Source: Takakia lepidozioides
Taxonomy: Eukaryota > Plantae > Bryophyta
NCBI GenBank assembly: GCA_030704615.1
Contig: CM060731.1
Coordinates: forward strand, 39,680,001-39,744,000
Length of the DNA: 64,000 nt
Direction: 5' to 3'
Positions 23,770 through 36,600 of this stretch are shown one piece after another (positions within the stretch are counted from its first letter, which is position 1; every line of letters begins with the position of its first letter). The position numbers and the translations under genes are program-made. The notes beneath the pieces were generated by a model that had not been told where the DNA came from, searched no databases, and saw only the letters and a list, made by a program, of their open reading frames with translations.

Positions 23770-26688
23770 GTCCTGACTTGCCAGACCAATGAATGAGTGC
23801 ATCAACAGAGGGCATTATTATATTCAGCCCATTTCTATATGAACACATGCTTTGCGTGTATGTGTTAAAACATAACTAAACTCAGACTGATCAGATCGAG
23901 CTCTGCATCTCGTGGCAGAACTTGCTTCAAGACTTGAAAGCCAATCATCGCCATGCAGCATCAGCTTGACCACGTCCAAGCATTCATGACTTCAGTCGGT
24001 CTAATAATTCTACGTACTGATCGGCTGACAAGTGGATTATGCGCAGCTTCATCCGTATGCCCATGTATATCACGCTTTGCACATGTTTGAATACGAAAAT
24101 GATGCTTGAGTATACTCAGGTTTGATGAGCACAATATAACTCTGTGAGCTCCCTAGTTCATTTCCATCACCAGCTCGACCTCCCTGGGCCGAGTGTGAGA
24201 CGAACCTCAGTTTGCCTTGAGCGCCCTCGGCTCCAATTCACCTGTCCATGGTGAGCCACCTGACTGCATGAGTAGTCTAGGTCCGCATATTGCTTCAACT
24301 TGCTTTTGCCGGCCTGCAGTGACGATTATACCCAGTACATGAACTTCTGATCGACATCAGTTGTGATCCCTTGAGCTGCATCACTATTCACAATCTGATC
24401 ACGAGTCTGAATGGCAAGAAGTCATTTCTTGCCTCTCCTTCAAACGTCCGAATGTATGAAATGTGTGCAGTTGATCACTTGTGGCTCTCCTGTGGCTCTT
24501 TGGATTATTAGACGATATCTTCTTTACTAGTGAGTTTCGCAATTATTAGACTAATAAATCTATCTGTGCCTGCTAAGTACTGTATCCGAAGCCCAGTAGC
24601 CAGTAGGTCCCACAACTAATTTGCGAGCGAGATCTGATGCGCTGCGGATCACTTGACTCCATGCAGACACAAGCCATATTAAGGTACCAGCTACTTGTAC
24701 TCCAGATGATTGTACCGGATAGCATGAAAACCAGGAACCCCCTTGCCAGCTCCTACACACCATAATTTGATTCACGCTGTGCTGACTGTCTTCCAATCAG
24801 TGCAGAAATTCAGCGTCATGGTCCGACCAAGTTTCACCTGTGCTTTTCCCTTCTGGCCAGCACAGAGGCCCTCACTCATCGCAAGGCTCGCGATCGCATT
24901 GTCAACAACAGCGGAAAAAATATCCAATCCAATAGCATCTACGTGGCCCACAAGTACAGCAGCGTCTACAAGAACCAACTCAAGTTCACCAAAGGCCTCA
25001 GAAATGGGGAGACAGACTATGCCGGCGGCCAAATGGTTGTCGACTATCATACGGGCATCTTCACAACTGGCGTTGATTGGTGGTACGTGACATGGGTGTT
25101 CGCCGATGACAAGGCCATCTACCAGACCGACCCCAACAACTTCAGGTGCCTTATCGACCAGGTTGACAACTTAGGCGTCGCTGCGCTCGCCACTGCCGCA
25201 GCCGCCATTGCAGGGGTTTCTGATTGCGGATTCCCTCCAGTGGCCGGGTGCAAAGCGTCCGCAGCCGCGGCTGCAGGTGCTGCGATCGCCGCAGATTCCA
25301 TCTCGAAGGCTCTCCTGAGTGATGATGCGACTTGCGGGTTCAAGCAGTACATGCTGACGTCGGACGATGACATGCATTCGTCGGGGGATAACTGGGTAAC
25401 CATCAGTATAAATGGCAACAACGAGCTGACCTTTTCGTCCCCGTCGGGATCTGCCGCGACTTGGTACGACGAGATCGAGATCCGGTCAGATGGGGCGGTG
25501 ATAATTGACACGGCCAACTTCTCAGCAGCTCGCGCGGCTGCTGCAGCTCGTGCTTTTGGAGTCAAAATCCCCAATGCCGCCTGCAAATCCGAAGAGCACC
25601 TACTCCAGAGTGAGATCGCCTGAGAATGTCTTCTTGTGGCTACTCACCTCTTATGTAGCTTCACGTACATGCATATATTGCAGTGAATCGCCTGTAACAG
25701 TAGTCTACCTTCTGTTGACATGAATCTCTGTTATCTGTGTAACCTTCTTAATATGCTGTGACAGGCATTATAGCATATAGTGAGGGTCTGCTTTGAAGAG
25801 TGTCTCCAAGACTTCTGTATGCCGATCTTTACATCGTATGTCATACTTACGTCTTCTACCGAGATTCATAATAAAAGTGGCACTCAGTTTGGTGATTTTA
25901 CTGGATTAGACACTTTGTGTCAATCTGAATCCTGATCAAGATGTGTGGAACCCAAAAGACACTAAACTACTAAGGCCATGACCTTGAGTCACCGTGCACA
26001 CTTTGACTGACTGGTTTTTTGTCCACGAGTTTTTTGGATGTTATGGAGCACCGCAAGAACAGATAAGTACAGCTACACCCCCTCGTCGTACTTGATGGGT
26101 GCAACTGGGCAGGGTAGTCTAAATTAGTTGTGCCTTCATCATTCATGATGCGCTGCACTCGTGACCTGTTTAGGCTTGAATTCAAGTCTTCCTCCACTTG
26201 TCATGAAACCCAAACAAATTTTCGGGTACAAGTCTCAAGAGCTTGCTTGTGAAATCCGTCCAAACTGAACATCATGTGTATCTAGATTCTCATTAACCAC
26301 AGAATGTATCTTGCTCGACCTTGTATGTACGCCCGTGTAAGTCCCGAGTGCTGGGAGTTGGAAATCAGCATGCACACCTTGAATGTATAGCTGATTTATG
26401 CATAGCATTTCAGGTGTTCTGGAGTGGGTGCTATGTATCTGTATTAGTGCAGCTACAGTTCAGTCGTGATTGTGGCAGACAACTAAGCAGTCCTGAAGCT
26501 TGGGATCTAGTAGTTGTGATTCACGTACGTCGCACAGTAAGGGCGCTGCTTCTCCTGAAACTCTATAACTGATCTCAACCTAGAAAAGAGCCCAAGAGAA
26601 AGAGAAACCTTGAAGATGAATTGTGATCTCGACGTCAACATTCTAGACAGCGAAGGTCTTTCAAGACTACCATTGAAAAGCCATGTCT
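23770..26688 (+). repeat. Right arm of the large inverted repeat
   Basis: Inverted match to 13785-17203. Confidence 0.85.
24818..25623 (+). pseudogene. PUD1_2-like gene copy 3, start codon deleted
   Basis: A 28-nt deletion (TGATGAATTCTTCCATCCTGCTTGCCGT relative to copy 1) removes ATG-ATG and the first half of the signal peptide. An upstream ATG at 24818 is out of frame. The rest of the frame is open to 25623. Confidence 0.75.
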
Positions 26689-27845
26689 GCTGATGAACAA
26701 ATAAAATTCAGGCAAACATTCTATGGACATTCAGGCAAACATTTTATGGGAAAAACAAATCCAGTGGAGAAGAATCAACTCGAAATCTCTCACAAACGCT
26801 CGTCGATGCTTGTACTGCATGAAAGCGTGGATGTAATGCCTTGTGCCTCAAGCACACGAAAGGGTAAGCCAGCACCTCGAGCTCCCGCATAGTACAAATG
26901 TGTTGGTGGCCAACTACATGTCTTAAATTCTGATAACAGTTTGATCAGTTGTTTTTGTGTGAGACCAACCATTTCAACACATTCTCCCCAATGACTCCAA
27001 TTTGACACTGTTTTCACACTGCTCGGCTAAAGAAGGCCCTTTTTTTCACAGGGGACAGACTCAGGCCCTGAGAACTGTACTGATAATTTTTAAAAGAGGA
27101 AAAAAAACCCTTGCGGGGAAGCCATAGATTGTACTCATAAGACGTTGTTTGCCGTTGCGGGGGAAGCCATAGAGACCAACAGAAGAGACACAGCTCAGTA
27201 ACCAGAGTTCAGAGGAAGGTCCTGCAGGAAACTAAGTGAGGTGGGTCGATAACACATTTAAGCTAGGCTCAGGGCTATGCTCAAAGGAGAGATGGATTTT
27301 TGCTCTAGCCCTTCTAAAGCTTTGTGGCGCAAATTCACCTCCGGCTCCTCGCCATCCAAAGCAGTTTGCTTTCCACTAAGAGAGCTCGTAGAGGCCCTTC
27401 TCATTCATGCGATACAGGGGGCTCAAAAGAAAGAAGAAAAAATGAAACAGGAAAGGAAAATGAGGAAGAGCTGAGACAATTAGATGTTGAAAAGTTGGCA
27501 TCGAATATGGATCCCGGGACATGTTCACTGCGTGGGGCCAGGAAACCAATAAGCTGTGAAGGGCAGCTTATAATGATTCGTTCGGAAAAAATAGTTATAG
27601 AGAGTCTAGAGTGGATGTTACTCACAGTGACCAGCGGATGAAATTATATAGAGACTAACCTTGTTGCTTGAAAGCAGCAAATTACGAAGCAATTTAGGGC
27701 TTTAAGGAAAACAGGAAACACGGCGTGTTTAGTGCTTAGTGTAGGACGAAGAAGACGAGTCGGCTACACTTTTCACGACCCACAAATTGCTGAGCACTAC
27801 ACTGGAGGATTTTCGTGCCCTCCACTGCGTGCAGCGACAATCTGG

Positions 27846-30800
27846 ATGATGGGTCAAGAGCAGACCTGCATGAGCATGGCGGAGCAAAAACCAAGGCTCT
27901 GGGAAATCACTCATATACCTGCAGAGCTGGAGACTGCACCGACTACAGGTTTGAAAGTTTAATTTCTCTGTCTCTGCCTCTAACTCTGGATTTCTCACAT
28001 AGTTACAGACATTTATTATCGAGGAATGATCTTCTTGATGTCAAGCTGGCGATAATCTTCTGTGCATCAATGTTGGGTTCCACATCTTCTACACTGTGGA
28101 AAATGTAGTTACATAGTGTTCGTGTTTCTCCGTGTTTATAGTTGGGCTCTTTTGAGTCAGAATGGAGAAAATGAAGTGATGACGAGCTTGGAATTCAGAT
28201 ATGACAGGTGAGGTGCTGACAGAAATGCATGAATGTGGGCGGGGCCGATGGGTGCATCACTTTCATACGTCTGTGCAGTGCGTGTCTTCGCCGCTCCGAT
28301 TGACCCCAAGATCACCAGTCTAGTTATCCGGTGCGGTCTCTCTCCCTTGTATGGATGAACTCCCTCCCTTGAAATTCGATTTGAAAGTTGCTCTATGTAA
28401 GCGCTTTGGCAATCCAGTATTGAAATCATTGCTTGGGTAAGCCGCCGACAATGGGCTTTGGAAGGGTCGCCAGCCCTGACTGTAAGACTGGCTAGCTATG
28501 CAAGAATTGGCCAACATTTCCTCCCTCTCTCTCTCCTTATAAAGCACCATTTCATTTCATTTCTCTCTCCTTGCGTTTTCTGGCGTACTATCTCTTTGTA
28601 GTGAACCTTGTATAGGTGACTTGACCATGTAACGATTAAAGTTGTGATTGAGACGATGCAGAGAACTAAATGCCAAATCGCCTCTATCCACATTGGCCCA
28701 TGTGAAACGCGTCCGCAGAACCGACACCGTAGGTGTGTTTGGCAACCTCTTAGTTTTTGGCCGGCTCTTTCCCTAGCTTTTTCATAGATGGTAGATTGAG
28801 CAGATTGGAATTAGGTGGTGGATTCAGGTTGTGTTGCACGCTTTGCAATCTCAAACCACCCAGCAACTCAAAGAACCTCCCTCTAACTGTCTGACGGACA
28901 CCTGTCTTCTCTCAAGTTCTTTCAATTTTGGCTTCAAATATCTTGTTCTCTTTCTGTGGCAGGGCCATAGGACTTCACTTCTGATGCCAGAGGCACAATC
29001 TCTTTCTTTTCAAATGCTGCCATTTCCTTTAGCTATATCTCAAATGACAATTATAGGCTCTGCCCAGGAAAAGGGGAGGGGGGGGGGTTGGGTTTGCGAA
29101 GGGTGTAACTTCAATAAGGTGCACAAAACCTGGTTGAGGTGCCTCGTGTTCTGTTCATTTGCTTCACCATATTCGGATATTTTGTGATTAGCAGGTGAGG
29201 TGGAACTAAGCATCATTCTCTGCACTGCCAATGAAGAAGGTCAAGGGGGTGAGACTAGTGGCATCCCAGGTCATGTGTTGGAGTTGGTGGACAAGTATGC
29301 GCTGCAACCCTTCGTTGCCAATGTGAGTCTGCCTAACGTCTCTCAGATCCTTCTCCTCCGGTACAGTTGGCCACATATTGGCAGATAGCCAATTTAAAGA
29401 CTGTCATAGAAATGCAGGTGGCTCAGACAATATGGGCTTTGTCATGACACCTGTGAGTCTGGATGAGAAATAAGAAAGAGATAAAAAGAGGCCGAGAGGG
29501 CCCATGGGACACAGAAGAACAACATTTTGGACCAATGAAATCAAAGATGAAATGAAACTTTGAACGTTGAATCAAGACGGAATCCCTCTTGCTGATATGC
29601 TGCTTAGCACTTCAGGTCGTCATAGCTGAAGGCTTTTGCTAGGGATGCGTAACCTCTAACTAGACACCACCATCTGCTCCGGATTTCATACTAGGTAGGG
29701 CACGAGAAAAAGGGATGCTATGTCTCTACTATATGGGTGGTGCAAACTAGCCCCATCTTCTTGTCTGGGATGTGGAGAATGTAGCAGACACAAGGAAGAC
29801 ATGTTGATGAGCTTGCGTGAAAGTTCTGGTATAATTCGTCTTTTCTTGTAAGCTGGTTTGTTGGTCCTCATGAGCTTGCCTGTCCTGCTGGTGAGGATTT
29901 TACAGTACTGCTGAAGAATCACCCCACTGTGCTCATATGGTGAGAGAGAGAAAGACTGAAAGGTTGCAGCATTAGTATGCAGGTGCCATCACAGGCAGCA
30001 AGCAGCAGGGAGGAGTGGGAAGCACAGTGTAGGTTGTGGCCCACCTCATTTCATCCCAATGCCTGGTAATCGTCATGTTGCTATAATCCTTTCTAAAGAT
30101 ATGTTGAGCTAGTGATATAGGTCTCCTATGGAGGAACAGGAACCGGATAAGGAAGGAGGGGATGACTTCTGTAGAATCTCTGGTTATAGGATGCAAATGG
30201 TATCAAACAAAATGCTAAGTTCAGATATTGTCTCTTTACTTACAGTAACTGAGGGGTTAGGAATTGTGCAGCACACAGGCCGCGAGGCTGGATCTGACTG
30301 AGGAGGAGGCAAAAGTAGTGTGCAAATTCATGGAGATGGCTATCCAGCAAGCCCGCCAGGCGCACAGCCAAGGCCAGGTTGTACCCCTTATACTCTTCCA
30401 ACCAGGAAAATATCCTCTACATGGTGACAGTCTCTCTTGCTTGTTCTTTGGATTCTCTTGTACTTAATACTATGTCCCATTGGGTCCTCTGCGCCCCATG
30501 TGGACATAGACAATTTCTGTCTTTCTCACATCCTCTTATCCAAGACAAAGTACATCATTATGCCTTTCTACGAAGCTACACATCCTGCACACGGGGTTTG
30601 GAAAACTTTCGAGTTGGTTCTCATACTCAAAAGGACTGAGACAGGAAGATGGCATATGATACATCTTGAGAATAGAATTTTCCAGTTTGTACTACCCAAA
30701 GAGTGGAGAAAACATCATTCCTTTCTGCCATACCCTGCTGGTGTTTGTTTAGACACTCCTTGTCCTTGGCAGCACCTTCAGTCATGATAGCCTCCGTCTG

Positions 30801-32956
30801 GGAATAATTTGGACCAGAATCTCTTCCACTCTGTCCAAACCAGAACCCTGTACTTTGCCCAAAGTCTAAGGCAAAGAATGCATAACGAGTACACATCTCC
30901 TATTCGTACTCTTGCACCTCACAGAGAAAACACGACACATTTGGTTAGGCCTCTGTTTACATATAATGCGTTTCTTCCATGTTGGCGAGGGTGTTAAAAG
31001 CTGCTTGTTGAGACCATGGTACGTGTCTGACCTTGCAGCCAGCAAACGGGGCGGTGATTGTGGATCCTGTGTTAGGTCGTGTTGTTGCTTGGGGACACGA
31101 TGAAACTGTTGTACCCAAGATGTCTGTCTCCCACACATGTGACACGGACGTCCCTTGGGAAGGGTTGAGATCAGAGCAGGCTGGACAGTGCTGTGAGGAA
31201 GAGTCCTTAAATGCTCAAAATTCTCCAACCAACGCTGTTCCAATGGGTGAGGGTTCGAGGTTTTCGCCCAGCCCTCTTGCCACAACCCAGGGATTTCATA
31301 CCCCTTCAGAGAAAAATGGAGGCTGTAAGATGGTGCTTTGGCATCCTCTTCGGCATGCAGTTATGGCTGCTATTGATATGGCTGCGGAAAGGGACTGTTC
31401 ATTATTTCCACCTGATAGCGGGACTGGCCTGGCAATCACTCAATGCAGAGAAGAAGAAAATGAAGAAGGAAAGCAAGTGTGTTATGATGGTGGTGCCAGT
31501 GCTAAAAGACCACGAATAGTGGAACTGTTGGTGAGTTGCTCATTGAGAAATTATCTGGTCTCTTGACTCAAGATTTGTGTTGGGGCAGAAACAGAACCAG
31601 GTCACTTCACGTAGACTGCTTTGTGCTACTTAGTGTTAAGGAAATGAGACAATCTCGGCAAGGAGCCAGGATGACAAGCTATGGTGGATGCAACTCATCT
31701 GTGCCAGTAATTTGCACCTATTTTGTGTGTACGTCACATTACAGATGATAACTTACTACAGATGCCATGTACAGCTGTCCTTGCAGAACAGAGTAATGTA
31801 TGTCCTGGTTAGATGTCCGCAAAGCATTGCAATATAGGTTGTCCATTTTGTAGAAGGCAAATGTTGAGTGTGGATCAGGTGCAGGTTGGAGATCACAAGC
31901 CAGAAAGCAGTAATGGGGGGATCTGTGACAAGAAAAGCGTAGATATTCCACGCCCTTATTTTTGCACTGGTTTTGATGCCTATGTGACCCACGAACCATG
32001 TGCCATGTAAGTCTCTCTCTCTGTAAGTCTTCAGACCTCATTTGCTGTTTAAGTGGTTTCTTTTTGTTCTTCTTTTTTGTACAGGACCCCCTGACACTAC
32101 TATCTTTCTTTCTTCGGTTTCCAGCCCTCACCCTCTCTCCTGCTGGATTTTAATTTGTTTTCCTCTTCACTCTCCCCCTCACCCTTTGAACCTCCCTACA
32201 ATCCCTTCGTGTTTTACCTACTTTGACTAAACCAGGAACTCCTTTACAGGGAGGCCAAAAATCAAACATTGTCTCTTCATTTCAACCTCCCAAAAACAGT
32301 TTCTAGAATGTGTTGTATGCACATGTGATGGAATCCACGTGGGATTTCGTTGGAGGTTACCCTATGCACTGCCAGGTGGGTTACCAGACAATTGGTCTTC
32401 CCCCAATTAGGTGTACATATTTTCGGTCTTTGAGGGTGACAGGGTGACAGTAGCAGGATAGGATACATGAGCAACAGGATATCTCCAAAGTAATTCTCTC
32501 AATATGCTGGTGGTGTTTATTGTCCATAGGGTGGTCATAGCCTTCCTGAGGTGAAGGGCTCCAAATTTATGTAGGGGTGGTCCTAGAGGGGAACGCATGA
32601 GTGTGTCATCATCTTCATCATCTTATGAAGCCCCTATTGCTATGGTGATTTCTTATATATGAAGAAAGAATGCTAAATGGGAAGGGTGCATCTTCTCTGG
32701 AGCAGCTCGCAGAGATTAGTACAGGTTACCCGGATAGCTTGCATCCTAGTTGAGCAGGGTGATTAAGCAAGTGTTCACCTATACTTGCAGGTGTGCAATG
32801 GCTCTGGTGCATCAAAGGGTTCGCAGAGTGGTATATGGCATCCCAAACAAAATTGTGGGTGCTTTGGGTGGCAGATACCGATTACATGGTCTGCGAGGAC
32901 TGAATCACCATTATACTGTGTTACAAGTATCTATCAGTGAAAGTGAATTTATGTAG
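27846..32956 (+). CDS. TAD3: tRNA-specific adenosine-34 deaminase subunit TAD3/ADAT3 (9 exons)
   Basis: Approximate exons: 27846-27948 (WEITHIP), 28278-28330 (VFAAPIDPK), 28661-28732 (LAHVKRVR), 29195-29322 (LSIILC), 29983-30065 (EEWEAQCRLWPTSFHP), 30246-30378, 31039-31530 (NGAVIVDP, WHPLRHAVMAAID), 31854-32007 (RPYFCTGFDAYVTHEPCAM), 32791-32956 (CAMALVHQRVRRV...LNHHY). GT-AG borders. Confidence 0.92.
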
Positions 32957-33667
32957 TTTTCAGCCATTGCTGCTTGCATCAAGAGGAATATCCAACCATT
33001 CTGAATGCTCTGCACTGTTTTTAGGGTAGATAATTTCTCAGCCCATGTCTGTTGGCTTAGCTTTGGAGACTTAAGCTTCTAGATAACTCGCAATTAGCTA
33101 CTACTGTTGAAATGGTTGAAGTTCTGATGTAGTGAAGCTATGTCTCTGACAGTATACTCGACATTTAACAAATGTCTACTTCTACCGACTGGTCCTTACA
33201 GTTGGTTTTCAATGCATCCCAAAGGCAACCAACTGACTCAGTTTAGAAGACAATATCTGGCTTTTTTGTGGACCAAGCCTTGGAGACTCCAATGAAACTA
33301 AATATCAGTTCATGCACACCTTATCACTAGAGGGGAGTGAAGAGTTGGTGGTAAAACGACCAGAGCCTCTAAGCCTGCAGACTGCCATGTTAAGTGTAAC
33401 CTGCAGCTTAGGCATGAACTTTATCGCGAACTGCACCCAACCTGATATACAGCGAGTTATTGGACGAGTTCCTTTTGTTTCTGTCCGACACAGCAGCCAA
33501 AAAACTGTTCATAACCTTTCATAGAAGGATCACTGTAAAAGTAAACTCTACACAGACTCTACTCCTCAGATAATCTGAAATCTTCTTGTACACCCTCTCC
33601 TTTATTGACAAGGGCTTCCAAAACAAGGTGTCTCTAAACAAACAACATGACCTGAATAATTTTACCA

Positions 33668-36600
33668 TTATGAGGATCTTGGCAGACCATTTCCTGGTAG
33701 AGCACAATTCGGACAATTCAACTGGGAATGAGGATATGAGGTTTGCTGACAACAAGCTTGCATCTCCTGGATCTGCTTCATCCTATTTTCCTGCACATAG
33801 CAAAGGTCTGTTGATTGACCTCTAGATTTTTCATTTGCTTATGGTTGGCAACTACTTCAAACCAACACTAACATATGTGTAAGAAGAAATACTTTCTTGC
33901 GTATGTCAGCACAAAAACTCTAAAATAACCAATGACATACATGTCAACCAGAGAAATTCCACAAATTGAAGGGAGGCTTGTCCAGGAGAATAGATGGAGA
34001 CTTACAAGCTTCATGCTCTCAGTTCTTAGAACATTTTCCATGCTTGTGAACAAAGTTCTCAATCTGGCCACGTGCAGTTCCACCTCTCCACTAATCTCTG
34101 CTAAAGCCAACTTGCTGGTGTCACATGATGAACTTGCTGGTTCTCTCTTGAATCCCACTCCATTCAGAAGAGACAACTGTGCTTGATTAAGGTCCATCTC
34201 CAATTGCCTTGACGCAATTACATTTCTCACTCTCCTCCGGCTACGCTTTAAAGCTGGAATTAATCACATTAGGCATGATTACATTCTTTCTGTATCTCCC
34301 TCATCATCACTTGGAATGGCTAATGCGCAATGAAGTACATGTGAAATTGAAGAGAGTAAAGCATTTGCACAACTTGGAAATTAGAGATGTCTTCCTGGGT
34401 ATCCCTTTTAAGGTGAGGGAGGGTATATATGGAAAGCCAGGTGTTGCAGTACAATTGTGAAAGGAGCAAGATATGTACCTGCGAGACGCCCCTTGGTATC
34501 ATCACTTAGAAGCTCCAGCCATCGACTGGCCATAGGAGCACCTGATATGAAAGTGCATTCCAATACATGGACTTCAGTCTAGGACACCACCCATGGTCCA
34601 GCCCTGCTCTCACTGTTTTCCCTCTGGAGAATTTAAGTATTCAAAGAGAGTATAGGGGGGACACTCCGCGCCTCTTTCAAAACGAAAAGACTTCGCACTC
34701 AACATGGATATCCTAGCAAAAGAGTACTGACCTGTGGCAGGTAGAAAGGAAGTTGCATAGTGGAATTGTGCAGATTGAGCTTTTCCAGCTGGTGGGCTGT
34801 GTTGTATATCCTCAGCATCAGAGGTCAGACTCTGGGACTCACATGCCACATTATTGAGCTGTTCCTGCTCATTCTCTGGCAGTGCCTCCGCATAAGGTCC
34901 TGACTCAGAGAGTCTCAATAGCACTGTTTCCTGCAATATCACATCAGCTCCTCGTGCAAAAGTGGAATCTGTGTTTTCAATCAGCCTCTTTGTACACACA
35001 TCAATATTCCCTTCACCTAAAACAATATCGTTGAGAAGGCTGTTCTGGGTTGGTAGAATGCTGTCTGTCTTCATCATTCCTTCAGTAGTCCAACCTATAT
35101 CCTCAGCTGTCTCTCCAGCAGCACTTGATCTGTACAAGCTGTCATCTGCTTTTGCTGCTGCTTGATCCTTCCTTGCTGGTCCCTCACAGGTCATAGAAGC
35201 CTCTTCAATCACTCTTTCTAAACCAGACTTGCATCTACTTTGATATCCTCTTCCCTCACATTTCAAAGCACCAAATCCTCCAGTTTCCTCTGTTCTTTCT
35301 GGCTGCAGCTTTGAAAATTGCTTTTGGGTGGCCAGGGTTGTGGATTGTACCACAGCTCCAAGGATGGCATGCACTTGTTTGCTGTTACGGATGCTATTCA
35401 TGATGCCAGGATTTAACTCACCAAGCAAGCCACTGGGTGCACTAGGACGAAATCTGGCCTTGCAACCTCCCTTTTTTGCAGTAAGCTGTGATTGTGTATC
35501 ACTGGGTGCAGTTAACCACCTCTTGTCACCCAGCCTCTGTCGAGATCGGGGATGCTTAGCTCGAGAACCAGCTAAACCCTGTGATCCAGAAGCCTCCGCC
35601 CCTGGAAAGAAGTTTTTGACAACATGCTTTGCCAGGTTGGTACACTTGGGCAAGCTGGCTGATTGTGATGGTTGATTATATTTGATGCCTTGTTCAGTGC
35701 CATTGCCAGACATTGTCTCATTGCTTTGTGCACCATGCACAGCTGATGGAAAATTCAGATGTAGACGTGTCTGAAGAGAAGACCCATGACACGAATCTGC
35801 CGTATCCATCTGCCTCACTAGTTGTGCAGGTTGACTAGATTTTATGCCCATTTCAGCCCTGTTCCCACTCGGTGTTCCATTCCCTCCTGCACCATGAGCA
35901 GCTGATTGAAAGTTTCTGTTCACATAGCGAGCTGCCTGAAGAGAGGGCCACACACGGGATGAAGTTGCTGTGTCCACCAACCTCATCGATTGTGATGGCT
36001 CATTGGATCTGATTACCTTTTCATTTCGGGTGCGACTCCGCATCCTATTCCCACCTGTCCCGTTCACAGTTGACGGATTTTTTTGGTTCAAGTGTAGGGC
36101 TGTCTGAAGAGAGGGCAACCCACAAGATGAAGCTGCTAAATCCATCAGTCTTGCTGATTGCAATGGTTGATTTGATTTGAGCGCTTGTTCAGCTCTCACG
36201 CCATTCATTGTTCCATTTCCATCTGCGCCAAGCATAGCTGATGGAAAGTCTTTGTTGAAATGTAGGGCTGTCTGAAGAGAGGGCAATCCATGAGACGAAT
36301 CTGCTGAATCTACCAGTCTCACTGATTGAGACAGTTGATTGGATTTGATGAGTTGTTCAGCCCTGTTGCTACTCATTGCTACATAGTTTTCTGCACCATG
36401 ACCAGCTGACGGAAACTTTTTGTCCAAATCAAGAGCAGTCTGTGGAGAGGGCAACCCATGAGACAAAGCTGCTGAGTCCACCAGCCTCACTAATATCTTT
36501 TGTTGATTGGATTTTATGCCTATTTCAGCCCTGTCACTACTCCTTGCCCCATTGTTTCCTGCCCCATACCCCTGCTGGTGTTTGAGAGAGGGCAACCCAT

